64,000 nt of DNA. Source: a virus (lineage: Duplodnaviria; Caudoviricetes). This document shows, one piece after another, positions 45,729-55,817 of the stretch. Under the pieces are notes generated by a model, which made no database searches, was not told the DNA's origin, and saw nothing but the letters and a program-made list of their open reading frames with translations. The stretch lies in the IMG/VR virus record IMGVR_UViG_3300013105_000022, positions 64,001 through 128,000 of that record; one strand, 5' to 3'. How positions within the stretch are numbered: the stretch's first letter is position 1; each line of letters begins with the position of its first letter. The translations under genes were made by a program, and so were the position numbers.

Positions 45729-46799
45729 ATGCCTGTATACTCATTCCCCACAAACATCCAGCCGGGAGACACCGGTCAAACGTCGTGGGCAAATTCTATC
45801 GGCACGGCTCTGAATGCGCTAGGCCCGCTTGTTGACACCAAGGCGGATGATTCTGCCGTCGTCAAGCTCACTGGAGCACAGACGGTTGCCGGAATCAAGA
45901 CCTTCTCATCCGCACCTGTAGTACCCGATGCCTCCTTCGCTCTAGCTAAGGTATCGGGACTTGTCTCTGCCCTCGCAGGCAAGGCAAGCACCACAGACCT
46001 CGATAACGTCTTCGGTATCGCAACCGCCGCCGTGCCTCAGTCCAGAACTGTGGCTGGTAAGGCCCTGACAGCCGATGTAACGCTCGCAAAGGCCGATGTG
46101 GGCCTGGGTAGTGTAGACAACACTTCGGACGCTAGCAAGCCTGTATCGAGCGCACAGCAGACGGCTCTCAATCTGAAGGCCAACCTAGCTAGTCCTACCT
46201 TCACGGGAACCGTATCGGGTATTACTAAGGCTATGGTGGGACTGGCCAACGTAGACAACACAGCCGATAGCGCCAAGCCTGTTTCTACCGCTCAGCAGTC
46301 TGCACTCGATCTGAAGGCCCCTCTAGCTTCGCCTACCTTCACCGGCACAGTTTCCGGCATCACGAAGGCTATGGTTGGTCTAGGTAGTGTAGACAACACC
46401 GCAGACTCTGCTAAGCCTGTATCGACTGCTCAGCAGTCTGCACTCGATCTGAAGGCCCCTCTAGCTAGTCCTGCCCTCACCGGTACTCCTACGGCACCTA
46501 CAGCCGCTGGTGGTACCAACACGACACAGGTTGCTACGACTGCATTCGTTACGACGGCAGTTGCGGGAGCAGGAGGTTCGACTCCTGACGCATCGACTAC
46601 TGTCAAGGGTAAGATCGAGATTGCTACTGATGCCGAAATGCAGACGGGCACAGACAGCACTCTTGCTCTTGTCGCGTCTCAGGTAGTTAACGCTCAGAAC
46701 GAGACCATGCTTGCCAAGGTACAGTTCATCCCATTCGGTGGCACAGTCACCGGATCACCTGGCCCATACGCTATCATCATTGAGGCGGCTTCTGCCTAA
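45729..46799 (+). CDS. fibre-like protein with three 46-aa repeats
   Basis: KAxVGLxxVDNTxDxxKPVSxAQQxALxLKAxLASP x3. Confidence 0.8.
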   Translation: MPVYSFPTNIQPGDTGQTSWANSIGTALNALGPLVDTKADDSAVVKLTGAQTVAGIKTFSSAPVVPDASFALAKVSGLVSALAGKASTTDLDNVFGIATAAVPQSRTVAGKALTADVTLAKADVGLGSVDNTSDASKPVSSAQQTALNLKANLASPTFTGTVSGITKAMVGLANVDNTADSAKPVSTAQQSALDLKAPLASPTFTGTVSGITKAMVGLGSVDNTADSAKPVSTAQQSALDLKAPLASPALTGTPTAPTAAGGTNTTQVATTAFVTTAVAGAGGSTPDASTTVKGKIEIATDAEMQTGTDSTLALVASQVVNAQNETMLAKVQFIPFGGTVTGSPGPYAIIIEAASA

Positions 46800-48376
46800 T
46801 GACCACAGTTCCAGCCCGCGTAGGATACGCGACAGTCACAGCTAACGGAACTAATGCTTGCAGTATCGACATCAGTTCCGTACCTACTGGTGCCTGGATT
46901 ATCGTTCTTCTGACGACAGACACCACGGGTATCTCTGCCCTGCCTTCCTCTCCCTCTACAGGGTGGCGTAATCTCCTTCAGGCGGGAAACTTCCAGCAGG
47001 CGACAGGTTCGCGTAGAACTGGTATTGCCACCAGGATCAAGGCCTCCGGAGAGAACACCCTAGTGTGGTCCTCTACCGGCTCCTCCAACAAGCGTATGAC
47101 CGCTTTCTGGGGAACAGGATCGAAGCCTGTAGCGGATTTTATCATGGGTACCATCGGCGTTCGTAATGCCGCTGACATCGTTTCTGGACAGTCCGTTCAG
47201 GCCGGTACCTCGACTACGACTATTGCTCCATCAGTGACAGTAGGCGAAGCAAACTCTCTAGTTCTCTCTGTGTTCATGGAAGCTTCTACTTCTACGGGAG
47301 CGGCCTCCATCACAGCCGGTGGCGCTACTCTCTGGTTCAATGCCGGAGACGAAGCCACATACATCGAACAGCACTCGACTGCTTACCTTGCGCCCTCTAC
47401 AGGTGCCACGTCCGCCGTTACGGCTACATACTCACAAACTCAAGCTTCCAACAGCTTTGGTTTCCAGATCGTCATTCCTCCGTCCCCAGACGCAGTGGTT
47501 ACTCCTATTGGTCTACCCATCAAGGTAGGTAGTGGCTCTACGTCTTACCTCTCCTTCGTCAACGGATCGAGTACCCGAGTAGCACCTAATAGCATCAGGA
47601 CATGGCTACCCGGATTCTCGAATGTCGCGGAAGTTCCCGCCAAGCCCGGAGTTACTTCCGCGCACCGTGGGGGGTCGCTGAACTGGCCTGAGTATTCTGA
47701 AATTGCATATGACCGCTCTGTGTTCCGAGGCTTCGGTGTACTCGAATTCTCATGCGGATGGACTTCGGACAACGTTCCCTTTGGACTCGGAGACGAGACC
47801 CTGGATCGTGCCGCTGGAGTAGCTGGAACCATCTATCCCACGTCAATGACATGGGCTACTTTGTCTAGCACATACCAGAACAAGCTACGTCCTGTATCTC
47901 CGGGCGTATACCAGCCTTTCTATCGCTTGGATCAGTTTCTAGCCAAGTACACACCTACGCACATTTGCCTTGTAGACCCTAAGTTCGGTTGGTCTACTCC
48001 CGCTAAGCTTTCAGCAATGCTGGACATCTGCGATGCAAATGGCGGTCCTAGTAGAATCGTTATCAAGTTCGACTTCCCACTCACTGATCCGGCAATTGTC
48101 AATGCGGCTCATGCTCGTGGGTACACAACTATGAACTATTGGGGCACCAACCAAGCCGCACTCACGACCGCTTACCATACAGATAAGTGGGACTGGATTG
48201 GGGTTGCATACAATGCCGACCAGGCCATGTACGACGCGGCACTGGCTATCGGTAAGCCCGTTTGGGCCGCAGTCATCCCGGATCAAGCCGGGTACAGCAC
48301 AGCAGTGAGCCGTGGAGCAAATATCTTCATGTGCTCTAACGTCGCAGGCATTACGCCCGTATCGAAGTGGAACTAA
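46799..48376 (+). CDS. beta-rich domain plus glycerophosphodiester phosphodiesterase
   Basis: SAHRGGS..PEYS..LEFS..TSDNVP..DETLDR. Confidence 0.8.
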   Translation: MTTVPARVGYATVTANGTNACSIDISSVPTGAWIIVLLTTDTTGISALPSSPSTGWRNLLQAGNFQQATGSRRTGIATRIKASGENTLVWSSTGSSNKRMTAFWGTGSKPVADFIMGTIGVRNAADIVSGQSVQAGTSTTTIAPSVTVGEANSLVLSVFMEASTSTGAASITAGGATLWFNAGDEATYIEQHSTAYLAPSTGATSAVTATYSQTQASNSFGFQIVIPPSPDAVVTPIGLPIKVGSGSTSYLSFVNGSSTRVAPNSIRTWLPGFSNVAEVPAKPGVTSAHRGGSLNWPEYSEIAYDRSVFRGFGVLEFSCGWTSDNVPFGLGDETLDRAAGVAGTIYPTSMTWATLSSTYQNKLRPVSPGVYQPFYRLDQFLAKYTPTHICLVDPKFGWSTPAKLSAMLDICDANGGPSRIVIKFDFPLTDPAIVNAAHARGYTTMNYWGTNQAALTTAYHTDKWDWIGVAYNADQAMYDAALAIGKPVWAAVIPDQAGYSTAVSRGANIFMCSNVAGITPVSKWN

Positions 48377-48377
48377 A

Positions 48378-49670
48378 ATGGGACTTTTTGAGCAACTAGC
48401 TACAGAGACAGAAGAATTCATTGGCAAGGTAGTCGATGAGAAGATTGATGCTCTCCCCACCCCTGCCCCAGGCAAGGACGGGGAAGATGGAACCGATGGG
48501 GAAGACGGACTGGACGGTGATAGCGCCTACCAGATTTGGCTGAAGCTCGGAAACCAAGGATCAGAGGCTGACTTTATTGCTAGCCTCAAGGGCAAGGACG
48601 GTAAGGACGGCCTTCCTGGGACAAGCACCGGAACTTCTCGCCCCTACGGCATGATCCTGATGGATTCCTACCCTGGCACCGACGACGAGAAGCTGGATGC
48701 GGCGATTGCAGACGCACGTAGCCGTGCTCAGATTCCCGCCATCGCTCTTCCAGATAATCGAATCCCCACCTTCACGAAGTCTGGACGTGAACTGTTCAGC
48801 GGACTGAAGATCGTCGGCTCTCCCCAAGGACACCACAATCCTGAGCAGGGAACAAAGCTACAGACCACGATGGTAAACTTCCGCTTCGGCACCGCCGCCG
48901 ACCCACAGCCGTGGTTCCGAGGCTCCGGCAACGTCTTCAACGTCTACTTTGCTGATTTTGCTGTAAATGGAACCGCAGGTACCTACTTCATCGATCAGCC
49001 TAGCGGCTCTCTGTACTCGTGTGAATTCCACTCTCTCGCGTTCAACCTTTGCCGTGCAGTATTCGGACTCCCCGGACGCCCCGCTCTGATGACTCAGGTG
49101 ACCTTCTCGGGGCACTGGACCGCTAACAACGCCCGTGGTCAGCAGTTCACTCTCGGAGGTTCGGACAACGACTTCTGGATGGATTCTCAGATCAACATTG
49201 GTACCGGACAGTCCCCCGAACTTACGGGTAACGGTGACCAGTACTACATTCACCTAGCTTCTGTCTCCAAGTCTCGAATCGGATTCATCTACGCATCCGG
49301 CCTAAACGGCTGGAACTGCATGCGTGTAACCGGATCGGCCACCAGTGGATACGGCAATGATTTTTACGGTGGAGTTTACGAGGGCTTCAAGGACGGCGCG
49401 AATTCTGCTTTGGCTAACCCTGGAAACGTCATTCGTCTCGAAGGCGGTCAGGGTACATTCCACGGCGGTAACTTCGGACAGGGAATGTCGAAGCCTCTCA
49501 GCAACCATCTGGGCCTCATTCACATCACAGGTGGCGACTGGGTATTTATCGCGCCTAAGTTCTACGGAAACTACGGTGCCGCACACATGCATCAGGCCGG
49601 TGGAAGGCTCGAAGTCATCGCTCCGCGTGTCAATAGTGGTATCTCACCAGTTATCACTAAGGCCTCCTGA
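48378..49670 (+). CDS. collagen-like repeats plus putative beta-helix (depolymerase-like) protein
   Basis: GxD triplets, SAYQIW..GSEADFIASLKG, GTDDEKLDAAI. Confidence 0.6.
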   Translation: MGLFEQLATETEEFIGKVVDEKIDALPTPAPGKDGEDGTDGEDGLDGDSAYQIWLKLGNQGSEADFIASLKGKDGKDGLPGTSTGTSRPYGMILMDSYPGTDDEKLDAAIADARSRAQIPAIALPDNRIPTFTKSGRELFSGLKIVGSPQGHHNPEQGTKLQTTMVNFRFGTAADPQPWFRGSGNVFNVYFADFAVNGTAGTYFIDQPSGSLYSCEFHSLAFNLCRAVFGLPGRPALMTQVTFSGHWTANNARGQQFTLGGSDNDFWMDSQINIGTGQSPELTGNGDQYYIHLASVSKSRIGFIYASGLNGWNCMRVTGSATSGYGNDFYGGVYEGFKDGANSALANPGNVIRLEGGQGTFHGGNFGQGMSKPLSNHLGLIHITGGDWVFIAPKFYGNYGAAHMHQAGGRLEVIAPRVNSGISPVITKAS

Positions 49671-49683
49671 AACCTCTCCCCGA

Positions 49684-49692
49684 GCGATAGTA
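49684..49692 (+). promoter_or_regulatory. late promoter motif inside an RBS-occluding hairpin
   Basis: CCTCTCCCC 49673-81 pairs with GGGGAGAGG 49725-33. Confidence 0.75.
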
Positions 49693-49734
49693 GTACGTGA
49701 GGCAAACGTCTCTCGTATGTGCTAGGGGAGAGGC

Positions 49735-50184
49735 ATGAATTACATCAAGAACTTGAAGGTCAGGCACGTAGCCTGGGCTTTCGTATTGGGCATTGTATCG
49801 GTCTGGTGGCCGTCCTTTGTCATCGCGACTCCTCCTGACTTCCTTCAGGAGAACATCGATCCCGTCGTGCTGATTGTCTGCATGGTCGTGGCCCTTATCG
49901 GTGGTATCGTCAAGATTTTCGGGTACCTCGCTTCCCAAATGCCAGGGAAGGTGGGGACGCTTGGTGTATCCGTTGAGCTTGTAGGACTTATCCTAGCCGC
50001 AGTAGGTCCGCTAAGCTACATCGCTGTGTCTCTGTATGGGTTCTGGGAGCCTGGTGTAGATGTGAACTTCTCCTCCGCTTTCATCCTTGCGTGTGGTGTC
50101 GCCGCGATCTTCCTATACAGGGCAATCATCATTGTGCCTAGGTTCATCTTCGAGGCGCACGATCCCGCAAAGGATGATGCCTGA
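49735..50184 (+). CDS. 4-TM membrane protein (lysis-associated?)
   Basis: Hydrophobicity. Confidence 0.75.
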   Translation: MNYIKNLKVRHVAWAFVLGIVSVWWPSFVIATPPDFLQENIDPVVLIVCMVVALIGGIVKIFGYLASQMPGKVGTLGVSVELVGLILAAVGPLSYIAVSLYGFWEPGVDVNFSSAFILACGVAAIFLYRAIIIVPRFIFEAHDPAKDDA

Positions 50185-50582
50185 TGGACCTACTTAGCAT
50201 TCTCCTGGGTGGAGGAGTTGGTGTCGCTGTTGTCGCCGCCGCATCCATCATCACCCAAGTAATCCTCAACAAGAAGCTTCGAAGCCCTGCCGACCGCACC
50301 GCTGAAGTCACCGCGATCCTCACCTTCTTCAAGGAGGGCATCGCTGATAGTCGTGCCGACCGCACGGCTCTGGAAGAGACCACTAAGGACCTCCGCGAGT
50401 ACGTAGCTCAGCTTGAGAAGGACAACCGAGAGAACTACGCTCTCCGTGTCAAGCTCGAAGACCGCATCACCGATCTTGAGCGTCGTATCCGTGAGAAGGA
50501 TGAGCGAATCGCTTACCTCGAAGAGGAGCTTCAGAAGTATGCCGGGTACCACGCCGACATCGCTGAAGGGGCCGTGGATTAA
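50184..50582 (+). CDS. single-TM coiled-coil protein (lysis-associated?)
   Basis: N-terminal TM plus heptad repeats. Confidence 0.75.
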   Translation: MDLLSILLGGGVGVAVVAAASIITQVILNKKLRSPADRTAEVTAILTFFKEGIADSRADRTALEETTKDLREYVAQLEKDNRENYALRVKLEDRITDLERRIREKDERIAYLEEELQKYAGYHADIAEGAVD

Positions 50583-50605
50583 GAGAAACTTGCTACACTA
50601 GAGGT

Positions 50606-50776
50606 ATGCCTAAAGCCTTTAGTGTGGAACGTTTCTCCGAATTGGTCAAGGAGGGCCGTAGAGCCTTCCTGACCGATTCCGCGTACGCCATTGCCATCGC
50701 CCGTCCTGCCGGTGCACTAGCCGCCCGCCGTCGAGAGAAGGAAGCTACTGTAGACGTAGCAACCTCAGGCGTATAG
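50606..50776 (+). CDS. 56-aa hypothetical protein (leaderless)
   Basis: TGcTACACT extended -10 just before ATG; MPKAFSVERFSELVKEG... Confidence 0.55.
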   Translation: MPKAFSVERFSELVKEGRRAFLTDSAYAIAIARPAGALAARRREKEATVDVATSGV

Positions 50777-50778
50777 AT
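50769..50778 (+). promoter_or_regulatory. GCGTATA-class promoter
   Basis: GCGTATAGATagaggGTG(50784). Confidence 0.75.
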
Positions 50779-50783
50779 AGAGG

Positions 50784-52460
50784 GTGACATTGCTACCCTT
50801 TGACGTACGACGCTTCTCCGACTCCTCCCGAGAGAGCATGGCTTGGCGCGTCCACAACGAGCAGGACTTCGCCCTACCCAAGCTAGATGTCTGGAACTAC
50901 TCCCCTTGCCGTAAGCATGCAAACGGATGGGTAGAGGAGTTCTGGGATGAAGAGCGCCAGGAAGATCGACACCGCACGGTCTACGACCGACCAAAGCCCG
51001 GATGCCGCTACTGTGGAATCCTCTTCCGTCAGCACCAGCGTGTAGGCATCGCTTGGCTGTACCTGAAGAAGCGAGGACTCCTAGCTGACACGATGGGTAC
51101 GGGTAAGACCGTGCACGCCGCTGGACTCCTGGCCATGCTCCACCAGACCGGCGAGCTAGAGTCGGTAGGACGATCTATCATCATCCCTCGCGCTCCTGCC
51201 CTCTCCCAGTGGCAACACGAGCTACAGCGTATGATCCCCGGACTGAACCTCATCATGGCTCAGGGTGATCCGGCCAAGCGTCGAGAGCTATACGCCTCTG
51301 ACTGGTCTACGCTTCTCATCTCTCCGCAGACGTTCAACAACGACAGCGACATCTTCCGCAACCACTTCGATCTGTCTCTTCTCCTGACAGACGACATCGA
51401 CGCGCTCCGAAACCGAGACACGGACACAGCCAAGAACATCAAGGCAGTGGCCCGCCAGAGTGATCGCTTCATCGTCATGACGGGTACCCCGATCCAGAAG
51501 CATCTCCGCGAGATGTGGAGCACCCTGGAAGAGGTTGGCGGTCGCGAGGCTTTCGGCACTCAGGAAGCGTTCGAGGCACGTCACGTCACCACGGCTACAG
51601 TTCGAGAATATGACGAGCGCACCGGCCTACAGACGAAGGTACGAACCGTGCCCGCCTACAGGAACATGACTGAGGTTAAGGAGAAGATGGCCCCGATGGT
51701 TCTTCGCCGCAAGGTGGAAGACCTGAAGGATGTGAACCTTCCCGAGGTCAACGTCAACGACGTATTCCTGGACCTGTATCCAGCACAGCGAAACAAGTAC
51801 GACGAGCTACGTGGAAACGTCCTTCGCATTATGAAGGAAGAGGGTTCTGAAGTCAAGCACATCACGGCCCTCACCAAGATTCACTACGGTGCCCAAATCT
51901 GTGGCGGTCTGGCAACTCTGGGCGAGTCCGATGGCCCCAACACGTCTGTTAAGATGGACTGGATTCTGGAGACTCTTCAGGGTGACCTAGACGGGGAGAA
52001 GGTCGTCCTCTTCGCCAACTACAAGAACTCGGTGCGTGCTCTGCAAGAGCGCTTCCGCACAGCCGGTATCGGCTTCGAGACCGTGTGGGGTGAAGAGCCG
52101 AACAGGGATGCTCGCAAGCGCTCGCAGGATCGCTTCTGGGACGATCCCAACTGCCGTGTGCTCATCGGTACCCAGGCTATTGAGCAGTCTCTGAACCTTC
52201 AGATCGCTCGCCATCTTGTCAACATGGACATGATTATGAATCCGAGCCGTATGGCTCAACTTGCAGGTAGAATTAGACGTGATGGCAGTGCACACAAGCA
52301 CGTCTTCGTGCACAACCTACTGACCGTCAACACACAAGAAGAGCGCTACCTCCCACTCTTGGAGCGTGAGCAGGCGGTAGCAGATTTCATCTGGGATGAA
52401 AACAACGAACTATTTGCTCAGTTGAATCCCATGACTCTACTGCAACTAATCTCTGGATGA
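50784..52460 (+). CDS. SNF2-family helicase/ATPase
   Basis: LLADTMGTGKT, MTGTPIQ, SLNLQ, QLAGRIRRDG. Confidence 0.92.
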   Translation: MTLLPFDVRRFSDSSRESMAWRVHNEQDFALPKLDVWNYSPCRKHANGWVEEFWDEERQEDRHRTVYDRPKPGCRYCGILFRQHQRVGIAWLYLKKRGLLADTMGTGKTVHAAGLLAMLHQTGELESVGRSIIIPRAPALSQWQHELQRMIPGLNLIMAQGDPAKRRELYASDWSTLLISPQTFNNDSDIFRNHFDLSLLLTDDIDALRNRDTDTAKNIKAVARQSDRFIVMTGTPIQKHLREMWSTLEEVGGREAFGTQEAFEARHVTTATVREYDERTGLQTKVRTVPAYRNMTEVKEKMAPMVLRRKVEDLKDVNLPEVNVNDVFLDLYPAQRNKYDELRGNVLRIMKEEGSEVKHITALTKIHYGAQICGGLATLGESDGPNTSVKMDWILETLQGDLDGEKVVLFANYKNSVRALQERFRTAGIGFETVWGEEPNRDARKRSQDRFWDDPNCRVLIGTQAIEQSLNLQIARHLVNMDMIMNPSRMAQLAGRIRRDGSAHKHVFVHNLLTVNTQEERYLPLLEREQAVADFIWDENNELFAQLNPMTLLQLISG

Positions 52461-52463
52461 TTG

Positions 52464-52874
52464 ATGGATAACTCTAAATGGACTGTAGTCGAATCGGGGT
52501 GCTGGGAATGGAACGGTACCCGATTTGAGAACGGAGGGTATGGTAGGATCGGAGAGAGAAGAGCCACCCGTGTACTCATGGAAGAGCTTTTGGGGAGACC
52601 TCTTGAGAAGTTTGAGTGGGTTCTTCATTCTTGCGATAATCCTCCATGTGTAAATCCTTCACATCTACGTCTAGGCTCTCCCGCAGAGAACTCTCAGGAT
52701 CGAGAGAAGAAGGGACGCGGGGGACGCTCAAACTATACAGTTTGTGTCAACGGGCACGACCTGACCAAGCCTGAAAATACCTACCCACGTGCTGATCGTA
52801 AGAAGCCGCGATGCCGAGAATGCTCTAAAGCTGTTTCTAGAGCGAGGTATCAGCGCAAGAAGGAACTCACATGA
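52464..52874 (+). CDS. HNH endonuclease
   Basis: CWEW..GYG..HSCDNPPCVNPSHL..EN, plus CVNGH..CREC. Confidence 0.9.
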   Translation: MDNSKWTVVESGCWEWNGTRFENGGYGRIGERRATRVLMEELLGRPLEKFEWVLHSCDNPPCVNPSHLRLGSPAENSQDREKKGRGGRSNYTVCVNGHDLTKPENTYPRADRKKPRCRECSKAVSRARYQRKKELT

Positions 52875-53620
52875 CGAAGAAGGACGAACCCCTCACACCG
52901 GAGGAGCATGGACTAGTCAAGAACAATCTTGCCCTAGCTCAGTATCTCTTCCACCGATTCCGCGCGAACATGCAGAGACGAGCAGATTATGGCATCGATC
53001 AGGATGAGTTGCTGTCTCAGGCATACTTCGGGCTGATCCGAGCGGCTAAGCGCTACCGTAAGTACGGCGAGAAGCATGAATACTCCGAGGAGTCCATCGC
53101 CTCAGGTCAGTTCTTCAGCGTCTTCGCCCGCCGTTTTATCAACGGACAGATGCTCGACTACCTCCGCAACCTGGATCACGTGCACTCCATCGTGCGTAAG
53201 GATTACAAGTCCCTGGTGGAGCACGGGTACGGCACCGAGAAGACGAATCAAGAAGTTGCGACCAGCGCCGACCTCACCCTAGAGCGGGCCGAGAAGGTAA
53301 TCAAGCTCGTACACTCCAAGCCCGTGTACCTAGATGACTCCCTCAGCGGCGCTGAGACCACCGTAGGCGAGGGATTGGCCGATGCACGTACCGTCGAGTC
53401 ATCCGCTCTAGAATCGTCTCTCAGGGAGGCTCTGGTCGATTGCATCGATTCCCTGGATGATGAGACCCAAGTCATCATCTACCTGAAGTACTACGTGGGT
53501 ATGGAGCTACCTGAGATTGCCGAAGAGGTTGAGGATACCCTAACCTCCGTTCGCAGGCTTCACACAGAGGCACTGTCCCGAATCCACGGATCGCTTGTCT
53601 CTCGCGTCCTTGGGGCGTAA
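52871..53620 (+). CDS. sigma-70 family factor, FliA/WhiG-like
   Basis: ELLSQAYFGLIRAA, FARRFINGQMLDYLR, region 4 HTH. Confidence 0.9.
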   Translation: MTKKDEPLTPEEHGLVKNNLALAQYLFHRFRANMQRRADYGIDQDELLSQAYFGLIRAAKRYRKYGEKHEYSEESIASGQFFSVFARRFINGQMLDYLRNLDHVHSIVRKDYKSLVEHGYGTEKTNQEVATSADLTLERAEKVIKLVHSKPVYLDDSLSGAETTVGEGLADARTVESSALESSLREALVDCIDSLDDETQVIIYLKYYVGMELPEIAEEVEDTLTSVRRLHTEALSRIHGSLVSRVLGA

Positions 53621-53629
53621 ACATGAGTC

Positions 53630-54082
53630 ATGACACATTCTCTAGAAGAACTAATCGAGACCTCCGGCCAGAACGCTGAGGACAAGGGCTTCCACGATGA
53701 CGGAAACCTACTGCGTGCCGTCCTGGATCACCTGGAGCACACAACGTCTGATCCCGTTCTGAGCATCAAGACTCCATACGGTGACGTGCAGATGACGCTT
53801 TCTCACACCTTCTGGACTCGACTCTATGCGGCCTACAAGGGCAACCGACAGTTCCTGATTGTCAGCGAGGTCGTAGAGGCTCTGGATGAAGTTCGCAACG
53901 GCAAGCCGAGCATCTATGAGGTAGACGGCAAGCCTGAGGGTTCCGCAGTCGAACTTGGTGACGCTGTGATCCGTATTGCGGACTACGCCTTCGAGTTCAA
54001 CGAGCCGGTCGTTGAGGCTATCGACACCAAGGCCGCATACAACAAGACCCGTGAGAAGATGCACGGTGGAAAGCTGAGCTAA
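53630..54082 (+). CDS. MazG-like nucleotide pyrophosphohydrolase
   Basis: SEVVEALDE..ELGDAVIRIAD..N.TR..HGGK. Confidence 0.8.
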   Translation: MTHSLEELIETSGQNAEDKGFHDDGNLLRAVLDHLEHTTSDPVLSIKTPYGDVQMTLSHTFWTRLYAAYKGNRQFLIVSEVVEALDEVRNGKPSIYEVDGKPEGSAVELGDAVIRIADYAFEFNEPVVEAIDTKAAYNKTREKMHGGKLS

Positions 54083-54330
54083 TGGGACTACCCAAGCCAT
54101 TTCAACGCCCTTCTATCAATCTAGGTGGCGGTCCTAAGAAGGACTGGCAAGAGGTAGAGGCACAGCGCGTCTCCGCAGGCGACATCGTTCGTGGTTGGGG
54201 TCTGGTGACAGACATCCGTCCAGCAGAAGACAGCACTACAGATCGCTTCCTTGACATCTACTTCAAGAGCGACGAACACCCAGTCACCTTCGTGAAGACC
54301 GAAACAGTTACCGCCTTCACAGCAGTCTAG
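54082..54330 (+). CDS. hypothetical protein
   Basis: TAATG coupling. Confidence 0.65.
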   Translation: MGLPKPFQRPSINLGGGPKKDWQEVEAQRVSAGDIVRGWGLVTDIRPAEDSTTDRFLDIYFKSDEHPVTFVKTETVTAFTAV

Positions 54331-54337
54331 GAGTCAC

Positions 54338-55810
54338 ATGACCACGGCCAAGGAACACGGTCGTATCGTTCTGTCCGGCATCATTCCGGCACGACTCGAT
54401 CTACTCCAGCAGGTTCTCAAGGAACTCTCGCCGGAGCACTTCGTGGACTCTGTGCAAGGTCACATCTTCCGCTTCCTGGATGCCTACTTCCAGAAGACGG
54501 GCGGTATCCTCACCACAGGCGCTCTGGGGGACATGCTCTCTCGGAGCGCCTGGGATGCAGGCCGCAAGGCTCTGTATGAGGAGACCTACGAAGACTTCAA
54601 GCTCAACAAGGTCGATGACGCAGACTTCCTGTGGTCTGTGCACGAGCTACGCGAGGAGCTAGCTGAGACCAAGATCAAGGAAATGCTCGTAGAGGGCATG
54701 GAGATTGTGGTCAACGGCAAGGAACTCAAGGACGGCGAAATCCTGAAGGGTCAGGAAGCCGCCCGAGAGTTCATCGTGGATAAGATGTCCGACCTTGAAT
54801 CCATTGCCGGTGAGCAGGACGTACCTCACGGTGACCTCAGGGATGAAGGAACGACGATCCTTCAGGAGTACACCCAGACGAAGCAGATGCGCGAGCAGGG
54901 TCACGTCTCCGGTATCCAGTTCGGTATCCCCGAGTTGGATGATAAGGTAGGTGGACTCCAGCGAGGAGACCTAGTACTCTCTGCCGCCTACACGAACGAC
55001 GGTAAGACCACACTCTGTGTCCAGCTAGCCTGGAGCGCGGCTGTGGAGCAGGGCAAGAATGTCCTCTTTCTCTCGACAGAGACAGTCAACACCGTCGTCC
55101 GTCGTAAGATCGTGTCCCGTCACTCGAAGCACCCGAAGTTCCTGGATCAGGGCCTACCTGAAGGTCTGAACTCCAAGGATCTGAAGCTCGGTACTCTCAA
55201 CCCGCACGAAGAAGAATTCATGCAGGAGGTCGTCACTGACCTCACCACGAATCCTGAGTACGGACACATCTACATCCATCAGGTTCCTCGTTTCGCGACG
55301 ATGGATCAGGTGGAGCGGATCATGTACGAGGTCCAGAAGAAGTTCGACATCGACCTTGTGGTCTGTGACTACCTTCAGCTTCTGAGGCCTCAGGGAAACA
55401 GGAACACCGACCGAGAGAGCCTATCTGGAGTTCTGAAGAACGCCAAGCAGGTAGCGGTTTCCTTCAACAAGGGACGCGGAGTTCCGTTCGTATCGCCGTG
55501 GCAGGTAAGCCGAGACGCTAAGACTCAGGCTGACCAGTTTGGTCGCTACACATCCAAGGCCCTTGCAGAGACGGCAGAGGCTACCAACACCCCAGACATC
55601 ATCGTGTCTATCTTGGCCCCCATCGAGAACACGGACAGATATGCCAGTCTAGCGGCTCAGGTGCTGAAGCACCGAGACGGGGAGACGGCAGATGGAATCC
55701 AACTCACGGTAGACTATGCTACTAGCCACTTCTCCGGAAGAGGAACAATGGACTCCTTCTCGAACGCCGCATTCACCACTGGTGGCGGCGGTCTGGACGA
55801 TCTGATTTGA
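54338..55810 (+). CDS. dnaB: DnaB-like replicative helicase
   Basis: GGLQRGDL, DGKTT, LSTE, DYLQLL, QVSR, KHRDG. Confidence 0.92.
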   Translation: MTTAKEHGRIVLSGIIPARLDLLQQVLKELSPEHFVDSVQGHIFRFLDAYFQKTGGILTTGALGDMLSRSAWDAGRKALYEETYEDFKLNKVDDADFLWSVHELREELAETKIKEMLVEGMEIVVNGKELKDGEILKGQEAAREFIVDKMSDLESIAGEQDVPHGDLRDEGTTILQEYTQTKQMREQGHVSGIQFGIPELDDKVGGLQRGDLVLSAAYTNDGKTTLCVQLAWSAAVEQGKNVLFLSTETVNTVVRRKIVSRHSKHPKFLDQGLPEGLNSKDLKLGTLNPHEEEFMQEVVTDLTTNPEYGHIYIHQVPRFATMDQVERIMYEVQKKFDIDLVVCDYLQLLRPQGNRNTDRESLSGVLKNAKQVAVSFNKGRGVPFVSPWQVSRDAKTQADQFGRYTSKALAETAEATNTPDIIVSILAPIENTDRYASLAAQVLKHRDGETADGIQLTVDYATSHFSGRGTMDSFSNAAFTTGGGGLDDLI

Positions 55811-55817
55811 GGTCAGC

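Noticed and set aside
45561-46500. CRISPR-like array or DGR repeats
   Set aside because: In-frame coding repeats with synonymous variation; no spacers and no reverse transcriptase
52464-52874. Intron or intein around the HNH gene, or in terL/dnaB/polA/thyA
   Set aside because: Flanking genes are complete, and the conserved motifs show no large insertion
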